Source: an uncultured bacterium
Lineage (GTDB): Bacteria > Auribacterota > JACPWU01
DNA length: 32,000 nt
Direction of reading: 5' to 3'
NCBI GenBank assembly: GCA_964640155.1
Contig: CAZXEQ010000006.1
Location: 69,013-101,012 of the forward strand
The position numbers and the translations under genes were made by a program. Positions 1-8,772 of the stretch are shown here, piece by piece. The notes below the pieces were generated by a model. That model did not search any database. It saw only the letters and a list, made by a program, of their open reading frames with translations, and had not been told where the DNA came from. Every line of letters starts with the position of its first letter. Positions within the stretch are counted from its first letter, which is position 1.

Positions 1-17
1 TAAGTTTAAAAAGGTAA

Positions 18-965
18 TCAAATAACTGCTTCAAGATGAGACACTGCCATTTCATCCTTAGAACAATTTTCCCAACACCGACAAACTGGTTTTAACGGAC
101 AAGGCTGACATTTGAATAGATCTGGTTTAGACGGACAATCCCCGGAAATCCCTAGATGGCAGATGGCAAAATCATATTTCAGAGGATCTTCTGGATCTAA
201 AATCTTTAGATTTTGTGTAATCTCAAGCGCTGTTTTCCATAATAAATTTTTTTGAGAGGTAAGACCCAAATAACGACTGATTCTAGCAATATGCGTATCT
301 AAGGGAATAATAAGTTCGCTGGGAGAAATATTTTTCCACAATCCCAAATCAAGATTGTCTGGCCCTCGCACCATCCATCTCAAGAAAAGATTCAATCGCT
401 TACAAGTACTTCCATCTTGAGGTGAAGTCAGAAAAAATCGAACAGGAGAATTTTTCGGAAGACACCCTGAAGAATAAAAAGGACTGACATCTCCAGATAA
501 AATACCTTGAGAAAAGTTTGAAAGTGTTTCTGTATAATTCAAAGAAGACCCACTTAAAAAATATTTTTCCAGAGAGCTCCATTTCGACAAGACTTGCTTC
601 ATGAGAAAAAGAAAACAAGCAATGTCCCTCCCCCGATAAAAACGATAAATGAGTCCGTGAAATTGCTCACGATCCTTTTCAGGGTTAAACTTGAGAATGT
701 ATTCGTAAGGATGCGGGCCTAGAACCTTAAAAAAACGACTTAAGAACTTTAAGATCTGATCTACACGACCATAGGCAAAACTGGAAGCAAGAAGAGCTAC
801 CACTTCTTGATCTTTTGGATTTTGATAAAGATGGACAAAACTCAAGGGATCTTCAGAAACATGTTGAGAGTAGTCAAACTGCTCTAGAAAGCCATTAAGA
901 TACTCTTTAAGCTTTAACTGACGCAGGTGTGGTATTAAATAAGGCTTCTGCAATTTGAACGGCAT
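18..965 (-). CDS. TIGR02757/DUF2400 family protein (HhH-GPD-like fold, function unknown)
   Basis: 315-aa ORF. The N-terminal 'DPLSFVHLY...LLASSFAYGRV' and the Cys-rich tail 'CHLGISGDCPSKPDLFKCQPCPLKPVC' match my memory of this family. The ATG at 965 overlaps the asd 3' end by 59 nt, so the exact start is uncertain. Confidence 0.65.
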   Translation of the reverse strand: MPFKLQKPYLIPHLRQLKLKEYLNGFLEQFDYSQHVSEDPLSFVHLYQNPKDQEVVALLASSFAYGRVDQILKFLSRFFKVLGPHPYEYILKFNPEKDREQFHGLIYRFYRGRDIACFLFLMKQVLSKWSSLEKYFLSGSSLNYTETLSNFSQGILSGDVSPFYSSGCLPKNSPVRFFLTSPQDGSTCKRLNLFLRWMVRGPDNLDLGLWKNISPSELIIPLDTHIARISRYLGLTSQKNLLWKTALEITQNLKILDPEDPLKYDFAICHLGISGDCPSKPDLFKCQPCPLKPVCRCWENCSKDEMAVSHLEAVI

Positions 966-1932
966 TGAGTGCCGCTCCTTTCAATAATTGATCAGCAACC
1001 ACCCACATTGCAATTCCATTGTGAAGCGCAATATCTTCACGAATACGCCCGACAAAAACATCGTATTGGCCTGCTGCTTGAATCGCGAGGGGATATTTGT
1101 TTTGTTTGGGATCATCTTGAACTTGTATACCAGGAGATTTGGAAAGAATCTCTCTGATCTGCTGAGCAGTTAATTTCTTCTCTAATTCAAGATGAATGTC
1201 TTCTGAATGTGCTCTAAAAACAGGAACTCGAACACAAGTTGCAGACACTTTAATGTTATCATCATGCATGATTTTTTGTGTTTCATGTACCATTTTCATT
1301 TCTTCTTTAGTATAGCCACTCTCAAAAAAAACATCTACATGTGGAATCACATTAAAAGCAATTTGATGGGGATAAATTTCTCTGGGGAGTGGTTCTGATT
1401 TCACCCAAGCCCTTACTTGTTTTTCAAGTTCTTGAATGGCTTTCATCCCTGTGCCAGAAACAGCTTGATAAGTCGCAACAATCACCCGTTTAATTTTAGA
1501 AACACGATGAATAGGATTTAAAGCCACCACCATTTGAATCGTTGAGCAATTGGGATTTGCAATAATTCCTTGATGATTTCTAATATCATCAGGATTCACT
1601 TCTGGAACCACCAAAGGAACTTTGGGATCCATGCGAAAGGCACTGGAGTTATCTACCACCACTGCTCCACTTTTAACAGCATGAGGTGCAAACTCTGTGC
1701 TACGACTGGCACCCGCACTAAAAAGTGCTAAATCAATGCCTTTAAAAGAAGTACTTTTAAGCTCTTCTACAGGAATAGATTCGCCTTTAAATTTTAACTT
1801 TTGTCCTACAGACCTAGCAGAAGCCAATAATCTTAAAGAGCTCACAGGAAACTGACGCTTCACCAACGTCTCGATCATTTCATGACCCACAGCACCCGTA
1901 GCACCAACAATGGCAATGTGACGACCTGACAT
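907..1932 (-). CDS. asd: aspartate-semialdehyde dehydrogenase
   Basis: 341 aa. It has the N-terminal Rossmann motif 'IAIVGATGAVG' and the active-site motif 'NPNCSTIQ'. A GGAGAG Shine-Dalgarno lies upstream of the ATG at 1932. Confidence 0.95.
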   Translation of the reverse strand: MSGRHIAIVGATGAVGHEMIETLVKRQFPVSSLRLLASARSVGQKLKFKGESIPVEELKSTSFKGIDLALFSAGASRSTEFAPHAVKSGAVVVDNSSAFRMDPKVPLVVPEVNPDDIRNHQGIIANPNCSTIQMVVALNPIHRVSKIKRVIVATYQAVSGTGMKAIQELEKQVRAWVKSEPLPREIYPHQIAFNVIPHVDVFFESGYTKEEMKMVHETQKIMHDDNIKVSATCVRVPVFRAHSEDIHLELEKKLTAQQIREILSKSPGIQVQDDPKQNKYPLAIQAAGQYDVFVGRIREDIALHNGIAMWVVADQLLKGAALNAVQIAEALFNTTPASVKA

Positions 1933-1968
1933 AAAAACTCACTCTCCTAAAATGATAAGATTCCCAAC

Positions 1969-3051
1969 TTATTTCTTAACCAATGAACTATCTGCGGAAA
2001 GGTTCGCAACCAAATCTCCTACTTCTGTGGTAGTAAATCCCATATTGCCAGCAGAAAGAGATTTTAAACGCTTCCCGGTGACTTCTATAACAGCTTTCTC
2101 TATTTTGTCCGCAGCCTCTTTTTCTCCTAAATACTCCAGCATCATTTGTCCTGCACAAATTGCAGCCAATGGATTAATTTTATTCTGACCTGTATATTTT
2201 GGAGCAGAACCTCCGATAGGTTCAAACATTGATACGCCTTGAGGATTAATATTGCCACCTGCAGCAATCCCCATTCCCCCTTGAATCATGGCACCCAAAT
2301 CCGTAATGATATCGCCAAACATGTTGTCAGTAACAATCACATCAAACCATTCTGGATTTTTGATCATCCACATACAAGTCGCATCCACATGGGCATAATC
2401 CGTTTTAATATCTTTATATTCTTTTGCGACTTCGTAAAAAGTACGTTCCCAAAGATCAAAAGCAAAAGTCAAAACATTGGTTTTCCCACATAAAGTCACT
2501 TTCTTTTGCTTATTTCTTTTTCGGGCATATTCAAAAGCATAGCGAATACAACGCTCAATACCTTTTCTAGAATTAATGGACTCTTGAATAGCCACTTCAT
2601 CGGCTGTCCCTTTTTTCAAGAAACCACCCGCCCCACAATAAAGGCCTTCTGTATTTTCACGAACTACAACAAAATCAATATGCTCAGGCCCTTTACCTTT
2701 TAGGGGACAATCTACTCCTGGATAAAGCTTCACAGGACGCAAATTAACATATTGATCCAATGCAAATCGAAGTCTCAGAAGAATGCCCTTTTCCAAAATC
2801 CCGGGTTTCACATCAGGATGACCAATCGCACCTAAATAAATTGCATGAAACTTCTTTAATTCTTCGATAGAACTATCAGATAATATTTCTCCCGTTTTCT
2901 GAAAGTGGGCTCCACCAAAGGGAAAAGAAGTCCATTCAATTTTAAATCCAGATATAGGGGCTACAGCTTCAACAACCTTAATACCCTCTTGAATAACTTC
3001 AGGCCCCGTACCATCTCCACCAATCACTGCTATCTTGTATGTTTTACTCAT
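1969..3051 (-). CDS. leuB: isopropylmalate/tartrate dehydrogenase-family oxidoreductase (probable 3-isopropylmalate dehydrogenase)
   Basis: 360 aa with 'KIAVIGGDGTGPEV', 'VVVRENTEGLY', 'NMFGDIITDLG' and 'EPIGGSAPKY...NPLA', typical of beta-decarboxylating dehydrogenases. The 'TDLG' motif resembles the tartrate/D-malate subfamily, so substrate is not certain. Adjacency to asd favours LeuB. An AGGAG Shine-Dalgarno is present. Confidence 0.8.
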   Translation of the reverse strand: MSKTYKIAVIGGDGTGPEVIQEGIKVVEAVAPISGFKIEWTSFPFGGAHFQKTGEILSDSSIEELKKFHAIYLGAIGHPDVKPGILEKGILLRLRFALDQYVNLRPVKLYPGVDCPLKGKGPEHIDFVVVRENTEGLYCGAGGFLKKGTADEVAIQESINSRKGIERCIRYAFEYARKRNKQKKVTLCGKTNVLTFAFDLWERTFYEVAKEYKDIKTDYAHVDATCMWMIKNPEWFDVIVTDNMFGDIITDLGAMIQGGMGIAAGGNINPQGVSMFEPIGGSAPKYTGQNKINPLAAICAGQMMLEYLGEKEAADKIEKAVIEVTGKRLKSLSAGNMGFTTTEVGDLVANLSADSSLVKK

Positions 3052-3086
3052 ATTTATCTGACTCCTAGGTTCGAAAAGTGTTGAGA

Positions 3087-3115
3087 ATTATAGCGAAAGA
3101 CAATAGAATGAACAA
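3087..3115 (-). promoter_or_regulatory. candidate sigma70 promoter for the leuB-family gene
   Basis: On the minus strand: TTGTTC (3115-3110), a 17-nt spacer, then TATAAT (3092-3087). This leaves about 28 nt of leader containing AGGAG before the ATG at 3051. Confidence 0.5.
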
Positions 3116-3167
3116 CCTTAAAAACAGCAATCTGTACTTGGATATTGCCTATAAAAGTGTGACCTTT

Positions 3168-3260
3168 GTGGATGCGGGTGACACTTGGCGGGGAGCCCCA
3201 TCGAGCGCAACTTTTAGTGAGCACGATGGGGCTGACAAGTGGCAGGACCCGCCACTTTTT
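3168..3260 (+). ncRNA. candidate structured RNA (leader/attenuator of the NUDIX gene, or a stand-alone sRNA), unclassified
   Basis: Locally GC-rich long imperfect hairpin. Pairings are GCGGGT/ACCCGC, CACTTG/CAAGTG and a 10-bp AGCCCCATCG/CGATGGGGCT helix with a 20-nt apical loop. A TTTTT tract follows, and alternative pairings of CCCGCC are possible. A TATAAA lies at 3150-3155 just upstream. Confidence 0.4.
3238..3260 (+). terminator. small intrinsic-terminator-like hairpin (alternative fold of the 3168-3260 element)
   Basis: AGTGGC (3238-3243), a 7-nt loop, GCCACT (3251-3256), then TTTT. No plus-strand gene ends upstream, so it would act as an attenuator or sRNA terminator. Confidence 0.4.
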
Positions 3261-3330
3261 GAAAGGACATACTTTTATAGGCAGAATCTTAGGTCATAAT
3301 GAGCTTTCGTATCTCACAAAGGAATATTTT

Positions 3331-3858
3331 TTGAAAGAAAAAACATTATCAGAAAAACTAATTTATAAAGGCCGTATTCTTGATCTCATCGTCAAAGAAG
3401 TACTGATGCCTGATGGCAAAAAGGCAACTCGAGAAACGATTGATCATGGAGGCGTAATTGCTGTTATCCCATTTCTCAAAAATGGCAAGATTATCATGGT
3501 TCGTCAGTTCAGAAAAACAGCTGAAAAAATTACTTTAGAAATTCCAGCAGGAAGAATGGATCCTGGAGAAACCCCTCTTCAATCAGTTCATCGAGAACTA
3601 AGAGAAGAAACGGGTTATACAGCAAAAAAAATAAAAAAAATTCTTAGTTTTTATCCTGCCATTGGTTATAGCACTGAAAAGATTCATCTTTATACAGCTC
3701 ATGATTTAACGATGACAGAGCCAGACCCAGATGAAGATGAATTTATTGAAGTGGACGAACTCTCAGTAGCACAAGCTCTCAAGAAAATAGACAAAGGTGA
3801 GATCATTGATAGCAAGAGTATTTTGGGGTTGTTATACGTAGCACGTAAAGATATTTAA
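3331..3858 (+). CDS. NUDIX hydrolase, ADP-ribose pyrophosphatase-like
   Basis: NUDIX box 'GRMDPGETPLQSVHRELREETG' and an NudF-like N-terminus 'KLIYKGRILDL'. The start is placed at TTG 3331, preceded by AAGGA at 7-nt spacing (175 aa, the usual size). The listed ORF start at 3166 runs through the GC-rich hairpin and is unlikely. Confidence 0.85.
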   Translation: MKEKTLSEKLIYKGRILDLIVKEVLMPDGKKATRETIDHGGVIAVIPFLKNGKIIMVRQFRKTAEKITLEIPAGRMDPGETPLQSVHRELREETGYTAKKIKKILSFYPAIGYSTEKIHLYTAHDLTMTEPDPDEDEFIEVDELSVAQALKKIDKGEIIDSKSILGLLYVARKDI

Positions 3859-4823
3859 ACTTTTAAACCTTCGTTAACTACTCCCATTTTGCGAAACTTC
3901 TGATATCTCATTTCCACAAGACGGGCGGCTGGAATGACTTCTAATTCTGACAAGTGTTTTTCGATGGTTTGTCTCATATTTCGGGCAGTTACTTCATATT
4001 GATGATGAGCTCCCCCAACAGGCTCTTGAATCATTTCATCCACAATCCCTAAAGAAAGAAGATCATGGGCTGTTAGTTTAAGGGCTTCAGAGGCATTGAT
4101 CATTTTCCCTTTTTCACGCCAGAGAATCGAAGCACATCCTTCCGGAGAAATAACAGAATAATAGGCATTTTCCAAAATCAAAATGCGATCGCCCACACCA
4201 ATGCCTAAAGCACCTCCGCTTCCTCCTTCTCCAATTACAATGGCAATCACAGGAACTCGAAGCAAGGACATCTCTCTTAAATTAACCGCAATGGCCTCTG
4301 CTTGGCCTCTCTCCTCAGCACCCACACCCGGATAAGCCCCAGGGGTATCTATCAACGTTAAAATTGGTAAATGTGCTTTCTCAGCCATTTTCATCAAACG
4401 CAAAGCTTTTCGATAACCTTCTGGATGTGCACAGCCGAAAGAACGCGCTTGTCTTTCCTTCAGATCTCTTCCCTTTTGATGTCCAATGACCATCAAACGC
4501 CGTGTTCCAATACGAGCCCAACCTCCGATCATCGCTAAATCATCTCCAAAACGACGATCTCCATGAAGCTCTATAAATTCTTCCGACATTAATTTTATCA
4601 AATCCAGACTGTAAGGACGTTGAGGATGGCGAGCAATTTGAACCCTTTGCCAAGGAGTTAGATTTTGGAGAACATCATGGCGTAACTGATTGAGCTTTCC
4701 TTCGAGAGTTTTAATTTCTGAGCTAACATCAATCCCCTCTTTTTCAGAGAATTTCTTTAGCTCAGAGATTTTTTTCTCTAGCTCTACAATAGGTTTTTCA
4801 AAATCAAGACTGGATTCTTTCAT
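3855..4823 (-). CDS. accA: acetyl-CoA carboxylase carboxyltransferase subunit alpha
   Basis: 322 aa with 'LDFEKPIVELEKKI', 'RHPQRPY' and 'IDTPGAYPG...AEERGQAEAIA', all hallmark AccA motifs. Confidence 0.95.
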   Translation of the reverse strand: MKESSLDFEKPIVELEKKISELKKFSEKEGIDVSSEIKTLEGKLNQLRHDVLQNLTPWQRVQIARHPQRPYSLDLIKLMSEEFIELHGDRRFGDDLAMIGGWARIGTRRLMVIGHQKGRDLKERQARSFGCAHPEGYRKALRLMKMAEKAHLPILTLIDTPGAYPGVGAEERGQAEAIAVNLREMSLLRVPVIAIVIGEGGSGGALGIGVGDRILILENAYYSVISPEGCASILWREKGKMINASEALKLTAHDLLSLGIVDEMIQEPVGGAHHQYEVTARNMRQTIEKHLSELEVIPAARLVEMRYQKFRKMGVVNEGLKV

Positions 4824-4858
4824 ATTTTCATCGTCATGTGTATCACGTCGTACATACT

Positions 4859-5722
4859 CTACTCTACAACATTAACCATGGTGCCTACGGGAACAATTTT
4901 AAAAAGCTCTTCAACTTCTTCATTTCTCATTCGAAGACAACCTGCGCTGGCTTGCTTTCCTACGGAATCAGGATCTGCAGTACCATGAATACCATAGCCT
5001 TTTTTGTCAAATCCCATCCATCGAGTTCCTAGAATATTAGCTGGATCCCCATAAGGAATCACTTGACCTTCATGATGCCAAGGAGGATTCACAATTCGAT
5101 TAATGATTTTAAAATCTCCAACGGGGGTACACCCATCTTTGCCTGTAGCCACTGAATAAATCTTTACAACCTCATCGTTGATTTTTAAAGTCAAAGTATT
5201 TAAAGACTTACTAGCAAATAAACTGACTTTTCCAGTTAAAACATGCAAGGTCTGTCCCGGGTGTAACACATCATGTTCTAAATGATTTGCATCTGCAATA
5301 AATTCAGGAGTCGTATGATGACGCTTAGCAATTAAATGTAAACTATCCCCTTTTTGTACGGTTACTTCTTCTGTCCATCCTTCAACAACCCCTAAGAAGA
5401 GAAGATGAATATTCGTGTCCCAGAGCTCTTTCTCAATCTCTTCTTTTAGAGGACTTGAATCAATCTGGGGCAGCAATTCTTCTAAAGCCACTTGAGCTCT
5501 TGTATATTCACCATCCAATTTTAACTGTTTGGCAAAATTGAATTTATCTACCAACGGTCCTGTAGGCACAGAAACAGAATTTTGAGGAGTAGAAGCTACT
5601 GGATTAGAATCCGCTTGAACTTCATGGTCTTCAGAAGGTCCTTTCGTAAAGAAAAAAAAGGTTCCTCCTACTGCTAAACCTGTCATAAGAAAACTAATGG
5701 CATAAACCCATAAACGTCTCAT
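4859..5722 (-). CDS. LysM domain-containing L,D-transpeptidase (YkuD family)
   Basis: N-terminal TM/signal segment, a LysM-like 'VTVQKGDSLHLIAKRHH...LHPGQTLHV', and the YkuD catalytic motif 'GIHGT...SAGCLRMRNEE'. Confidence 0.9.
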   Translation of the reverse strand: MRRLWVYAISFLMTGLAVGGTFFFFTKGPSEDHEVQADSNPVASTPQNSVSVPTGPLVDKFNFAKQLKLDGEYTRAQVALEELLPQIDSSPLKEEIEKELWDTNIHLLFLGVVEGWTEEVTVQKGDSLHLIAKRHHTTPEFIADANHLEHDVLHPGQTLHVLTGKVSLFASKSLNTLTLKINDEVVKIYSVATGKDGCTPVGDFKIINRIVNPPWHHEGQVIPYGDPANILGTRWMGFDKKGYGIHGTADPDSVGKQASAGCLRMRNEEVEELFKIVPVGTMVNVVE

Positions 5723-5726
5723 AAAA

Positions 5727-6464
5727 TTAAAATTCCTTTGCTGGAACAGGCTTCTGTTCTTCCAAAGAATTTTCTGAAGGGCGATGCTTTAATACTAGAT
5801 CATAAACAATCCCTAAAGCAGCATACGAAAAGAAACCGATTGCTAGACAAAGTTCGCCAAAAAAGATAAAACCACCCAGAGAAACCACGCTGACGCCCAG
5901 ATATAAAAATGGGCTCTTATCTTTTAAACTTACGAATTTCAAACGAGGATATTCCAAAGTACTAATCATTAGGAATCCTGCAATCAACATCAGGAAAGGA
6001 GCAACTTGTTCAATCCCCAACCATTCTAAACGATCAGCAGCAAGAACGCTCGAAGCAATTAAACCGGCAGCTGCAGGAGAAGGAAGTCCTGCAAAACCTG
6101 ACTTTGTTCGACCATCTATTTTTGCATTATACCTTGCAAGTCTCAAAGCACAACATACCGAGTAAATGAAAGCAATGGCCAATCCGAATCTTCCTAATCG
6201 AGATAAACACATCTGATACATCATGATCATCGGCGCAATACCAAAAGTCACGAGATCAGATAAAGAATCATATTCTTCCCCAAACTTTGTATTGGATTTA
6301 AGAAGCCGTGCAATCTGTCCATCCATAAAATCAAAAAACATTGCAATAATAATCCAAAGCGCAGCTTTAGGAAAATTTCCTTGCAGTGAAAATCCTATAG
6401 CTAAGATCCCAGAGAAAAAGTTCCCCGTGGTAAGCAAATTAGGTAATAAATAAACTTTTTTCAT
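5727..6464 (-). CDS. pssA: CDP-diacylglycerol--serine O-phosphatidyltransferase
   Basis: CDP-alcohol phosphatidyltransferase motif 'DFMDGQIARLL...GEEYDSLSDLV' in a polytopic membrane protein. It overlaps the psd stop by 4 nt. Confidence 0.9.
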   Translation of the reverse strand: MKKVYLLPNLLTTGNFFSGILAIGFSLQGNFPKAALWIIIAMFFDFMDGQIARLLKSNTKFGEEYDSLSDLVTFGIAPMIMMYQMCLSRLGRFGLAIAFIYSVCCALRLARYNAKIDGRTKSGFAGLPSPAAAGLIASSVLAADRLEWLGIEQVAPFLMLIAGFLMISTLEYPRLKFVSLKDKSPFLYLGVSVVSLGGFIFFGELCLAIGFFSYAALGIVYDLVLKHRPSENSLEEQKPVPAKEF

Positions 6465-7081
6465 TGTATTGCTCCTAATACTGTTTGTGCACCCTTCACC
6501 TTGTCTCCGACATTTATCTTCACATCAATAGACTCTGGTAAATAAAGATCGACTCGAGAGCCAAATTGAATAAGTCCAATTTTCTGACCTGCTTTTACCT
6601 TGTCCCCAATTTTACTATAACAAACTATTCTTCGAGCAAATATTCCAGCAACTTGCTTCATAATGAGTTGAATTTTATGACCATGAATGGTGAGCGCATT
6701 CGATTCATTTTGTAATGAAGCATTTTGATGATCTGCCTTTAAAAAAGACCCCGGTAAATAACGAATTTGACGAACCTCTCCTTCAATAGGTGCATAATTG
6801 ATATGTACATTCAAAGGAGACATAAAAATACTCACTAAATTCCAGCTCTGCCCATCTAAGTTCATTTTTTTGATTTGAAGAATTCTTCCATCTGCTGGCG
6901 CAACAACTTGAGCGATGTCTTGGGGTGAATTTCGTTTAGGATCTCTAAAAAAAAGAAGCACTAAAATTAGAAATACAAAAGATCCCATAGCCAAAGGAAT
7001 GCTCCATTGCCATAAAATAAGGCCTAAAATGACTAATGGTAATGCCAATTGAAGAGCTTCTTTAGCAAATGGTAATCGCAT
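6461..7081 (-). CDS. psd: phosphatidylserine decarboxylase proenzyme (short type)
   Basis: N-terminal TM region and a C-terminal 'GLIQFGSRVDLYLP' self-cleavage (G-S) motif. The start is placed at ATG 7081 with GGGAGAA upstream. An upstream TTG at 7114 is the alternative. Confidence 0.85.
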   Translation of the reverse strand: MRLPFAKEALQLALPLVILGLILWQWSIPLAMGSFVFLILVLLFFRDPKRNSPQDIAQVVAPADGRILQIKKMNLDGQSWNLVSIFMSPLNVHINYAPIEGEVRQIRYLPGSFLKADHQNASLQNESNALTIHGHKIQLIMKQVAGIFARRIVCYSKIGDKVKAGQKIGLIQFGSRVDLYLPESIDVKINVGDKVKGAQTVLGAIQ

Positions 7082-7143
7082 TTTTACAGTTCTCCCAGGG
7101 GTAAGATGATACAAAAATCTAATTATTTTTTAAAGCAATATCC

Positions 7144-8712
7144 TTAACTCTTATCATAATTAGATATAACAACCTTGTTATAAACATGTTGCAATAAAAA
7201 CATATTTGGATAAAGGGTCTGAATTTGAAGCTCTAGAAAGTCTACTTCACGCATGACGCAATAACGTCGAGAGGGCGATTTCATAAAGGATTCAAGCTCT
7301 TTCAAAGAACCTATTTTTTGTATGGGATAACCCAAATAAAAAATTAAACTGGGTTTAAGAAAACGAAAAGAAGCCACCGAATGAGGAGGTTGATTCTGAA
7401 GATATGGACTTGAAACAATCTTTTTCATCGAACGCATTTGACCAATATCTTCTGCTAAGAAGGAATGTACACTCAAGAAACCTATGATAAAAGAGACTAC
7501 CATCACTTTAAAAGCCGTAGAAAACTTTTGTTTTAAAAGAAAAATGGCCGAAGCAAAAAAACCTGTAAATGAAGCAATAGCAGCACAGAAAAAAGCCAAA
7601 CCATTATCAGGGAATTTGATATACCAAAATATACTCCCTCCTACAAGAATGGCAATTGAAGCAATCAACAAAACCATAGCTTCTATTTTTAGTTTTATCT
7701 TGGAAGGATTTTCTAAAATTTCAGCCAAGAATCTAGCCACTAGAAGACTTAAAGGAAGAAAAATAGAGAGAATATACGTAGGTAATTTAGCTCTAGAAAT
7801 AGAAAAAAATAAGAATCCTGTTAAAAACCATATACTTAAATAAAGATTCACCGGCTCTTTCCACAAATTTCTAAAAGCCTTTATCAGGGCTCGCGGAACA
7901 AAGACGCTCCAAGGGAAAAACCCAATCGCAATAATACCCACATAATAAAAAATAGGTTCTGTATGTCGTAACTCATCTGTCGCAAATCTCTTTACATTGT
8001 GAAGAATGAAAAAATATTCAAAAAAATCAGGATAAAGAAAACATTCCACTGCATACCAAGGCAATGCCACAGCCAAGAAAACGATCAAGCCTTTTATCCA
8101 TTGAATTTGTTTTAAGAATTTAAGATTTTTCGACAGAATTAAAAAAAGAAAAAAAACAAGGCCGGGTAAAAAGATTCCAACGGGGCCTTTTGTCAAAAAG
8201 GCAACACCTGAAGCCAAAAAACAGAAAAAAATATATTTGGGACGATGAACTCTCCATGCTTCAAAAGCAAAAATAATGGCGAGACTTTGAAAAAAAGAAA
8301 GTGTCATATCTGTAATTGCAAGACGACCGATAATACAGAACTCTAAATTGGTCATTAAGATTAAACTCGCCCATAATCCCCACAAACGTCCTCCACAACG
8401 AATGGACCAGAGATAGCAAAGAAGAATCATTAATAAAGAAAAAAGAGCTGAGGGGAAACGCGCTGCCCATTCAGAAACTCCATATAATTTATAGGACCAA
8501 AGAATAAGCCAATAGAAAAAAACGGGTTTATCCCATCGATTTTCTCCATTGAGTTGAGGATTAATAAAATCTCCGCTATCCTTCATTTCACGTGCCGCTT
8601 GGGCATAACGGGGTTCATCTGGGTCTAAAAGAGGCATAGCCCCTAAACGAAAGAAAAAGATCAATAGGGCAAGACTTGCAATAAAAGGAAACCAAAAAAA
8701 AAGTTTTTTCAT
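7144..8712 (-). CDS. glycosyltransferase family 39 (ArnT/PMT-like) membrane protein
   Basis: 522 aa, polytopic, with the N-terminal loop motif 'DPDEPRYAQAAREM' typical of ArnT/dolichyl-phosphate-mannose transferase-like enzymes. Confidence 0.85.
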   Translation of the reverse strand: MKKLFFWFPFIASLALLIFFFRLGAMPLLDPDEPRYAQAAREMKDSGDFINPQLNGENRWDKPVFFYWLILWSYKLYGVSEWAARFPSALFSLLMILLCYLWSIRCGGRLWGLWASLILMTNLEFCIIGRLAITDMTLSFFQSLAIIFAFEAWRVHRPKYIFFCFLASGVAFLTKGPVGIFLPGLVFFLFLILSKNLKFLKQIQWIKGLIVFLAVALPWYAVECFLYPDFFEYFFILHNVKRFATDELRHTEPIFYYVGIIAIGFFPWSVFVPRALIKAFRNLWKEPVNLYLSIWFLTGFLFFSISRAKLPTYILSIFLPLSLLVARFLAEILENPSKIKLKIEAMVLLIASIAILVGGSIFWYIKFPDNGLAFFCAAIASFTGFFASAIFLLKQKFSTAFKVMVVSFIIGFLSVHSFLAEDIGQMRSMKKIVSSPYLQNQPPHSVASFRFLKPSLIFYLGYPIQKIGSLKELESFMKSPSRRYCVMREVDFLELQIQTLYPNMFLLQHVYNKVVISNYDKS

Positions 8713-8772
8713 TTTTTAATTTTTACTTGTGATTTTTCTAATGAAAAATAAAGTGAATATTCTAGCAGTAGA

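Noticed and set aside
1969-3051. Possible anomalous active-site change (Gly instead of His in 'EPIGGSAP') in the LeuB-family enzyme
   Set aside because: As I recall, E. coli-type LeuB also carries 'EPAGGSAP', so this is normal family variation.
3168-3260. Identity as SRP (4.5S) RNA, tmRNA, T-box leader or a ykkC-type (NUDIX-associated) riboswitch
   Set aside because: It is a long hairpin like 4.5S RNA, and its 3' end resembles 'GGCAGG.CCC.CCAC'. However, the conserved domain IV motifs (GNRA loop, AGCA/GGAA loops) are absent. There is no tmRNA 'GGGG..UUCGAC' start and no T-box 'GGGTGGTACCGCG'. 'ACACTTGGCGGGG' only superficially resembles the ykkC 3' motif, and the 5' 'CUAGGGUUCCG' part is missing. 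It also lies upstream of the leuB promoter, so it is not a leuB leader.
3166-3330. Upstream extension of the NUDIX ORF (listed start TTG 3166, 230 aa)
   Set aside because: The extra 55 codons run straight through the GC-rich hairpin and give an Arg/Gly-rich sequence unlike NUDIX N-termini. A TTG with an AAGGA Shine-Dalgarno at 3331 gives the usual ~175-aa size.
7484-7843. 119-aa plus-strand ORF inside the GT39 gene, and similar ORFs at 22556-22903, 23492-23707, 25869-26135, 28615-28854 and 31043-31333
   Set aside because: All lie antisense to, or out of frame within, strongly supported genes. They have biased compositions typical of shadow frames and lack ribosome-binding sites.
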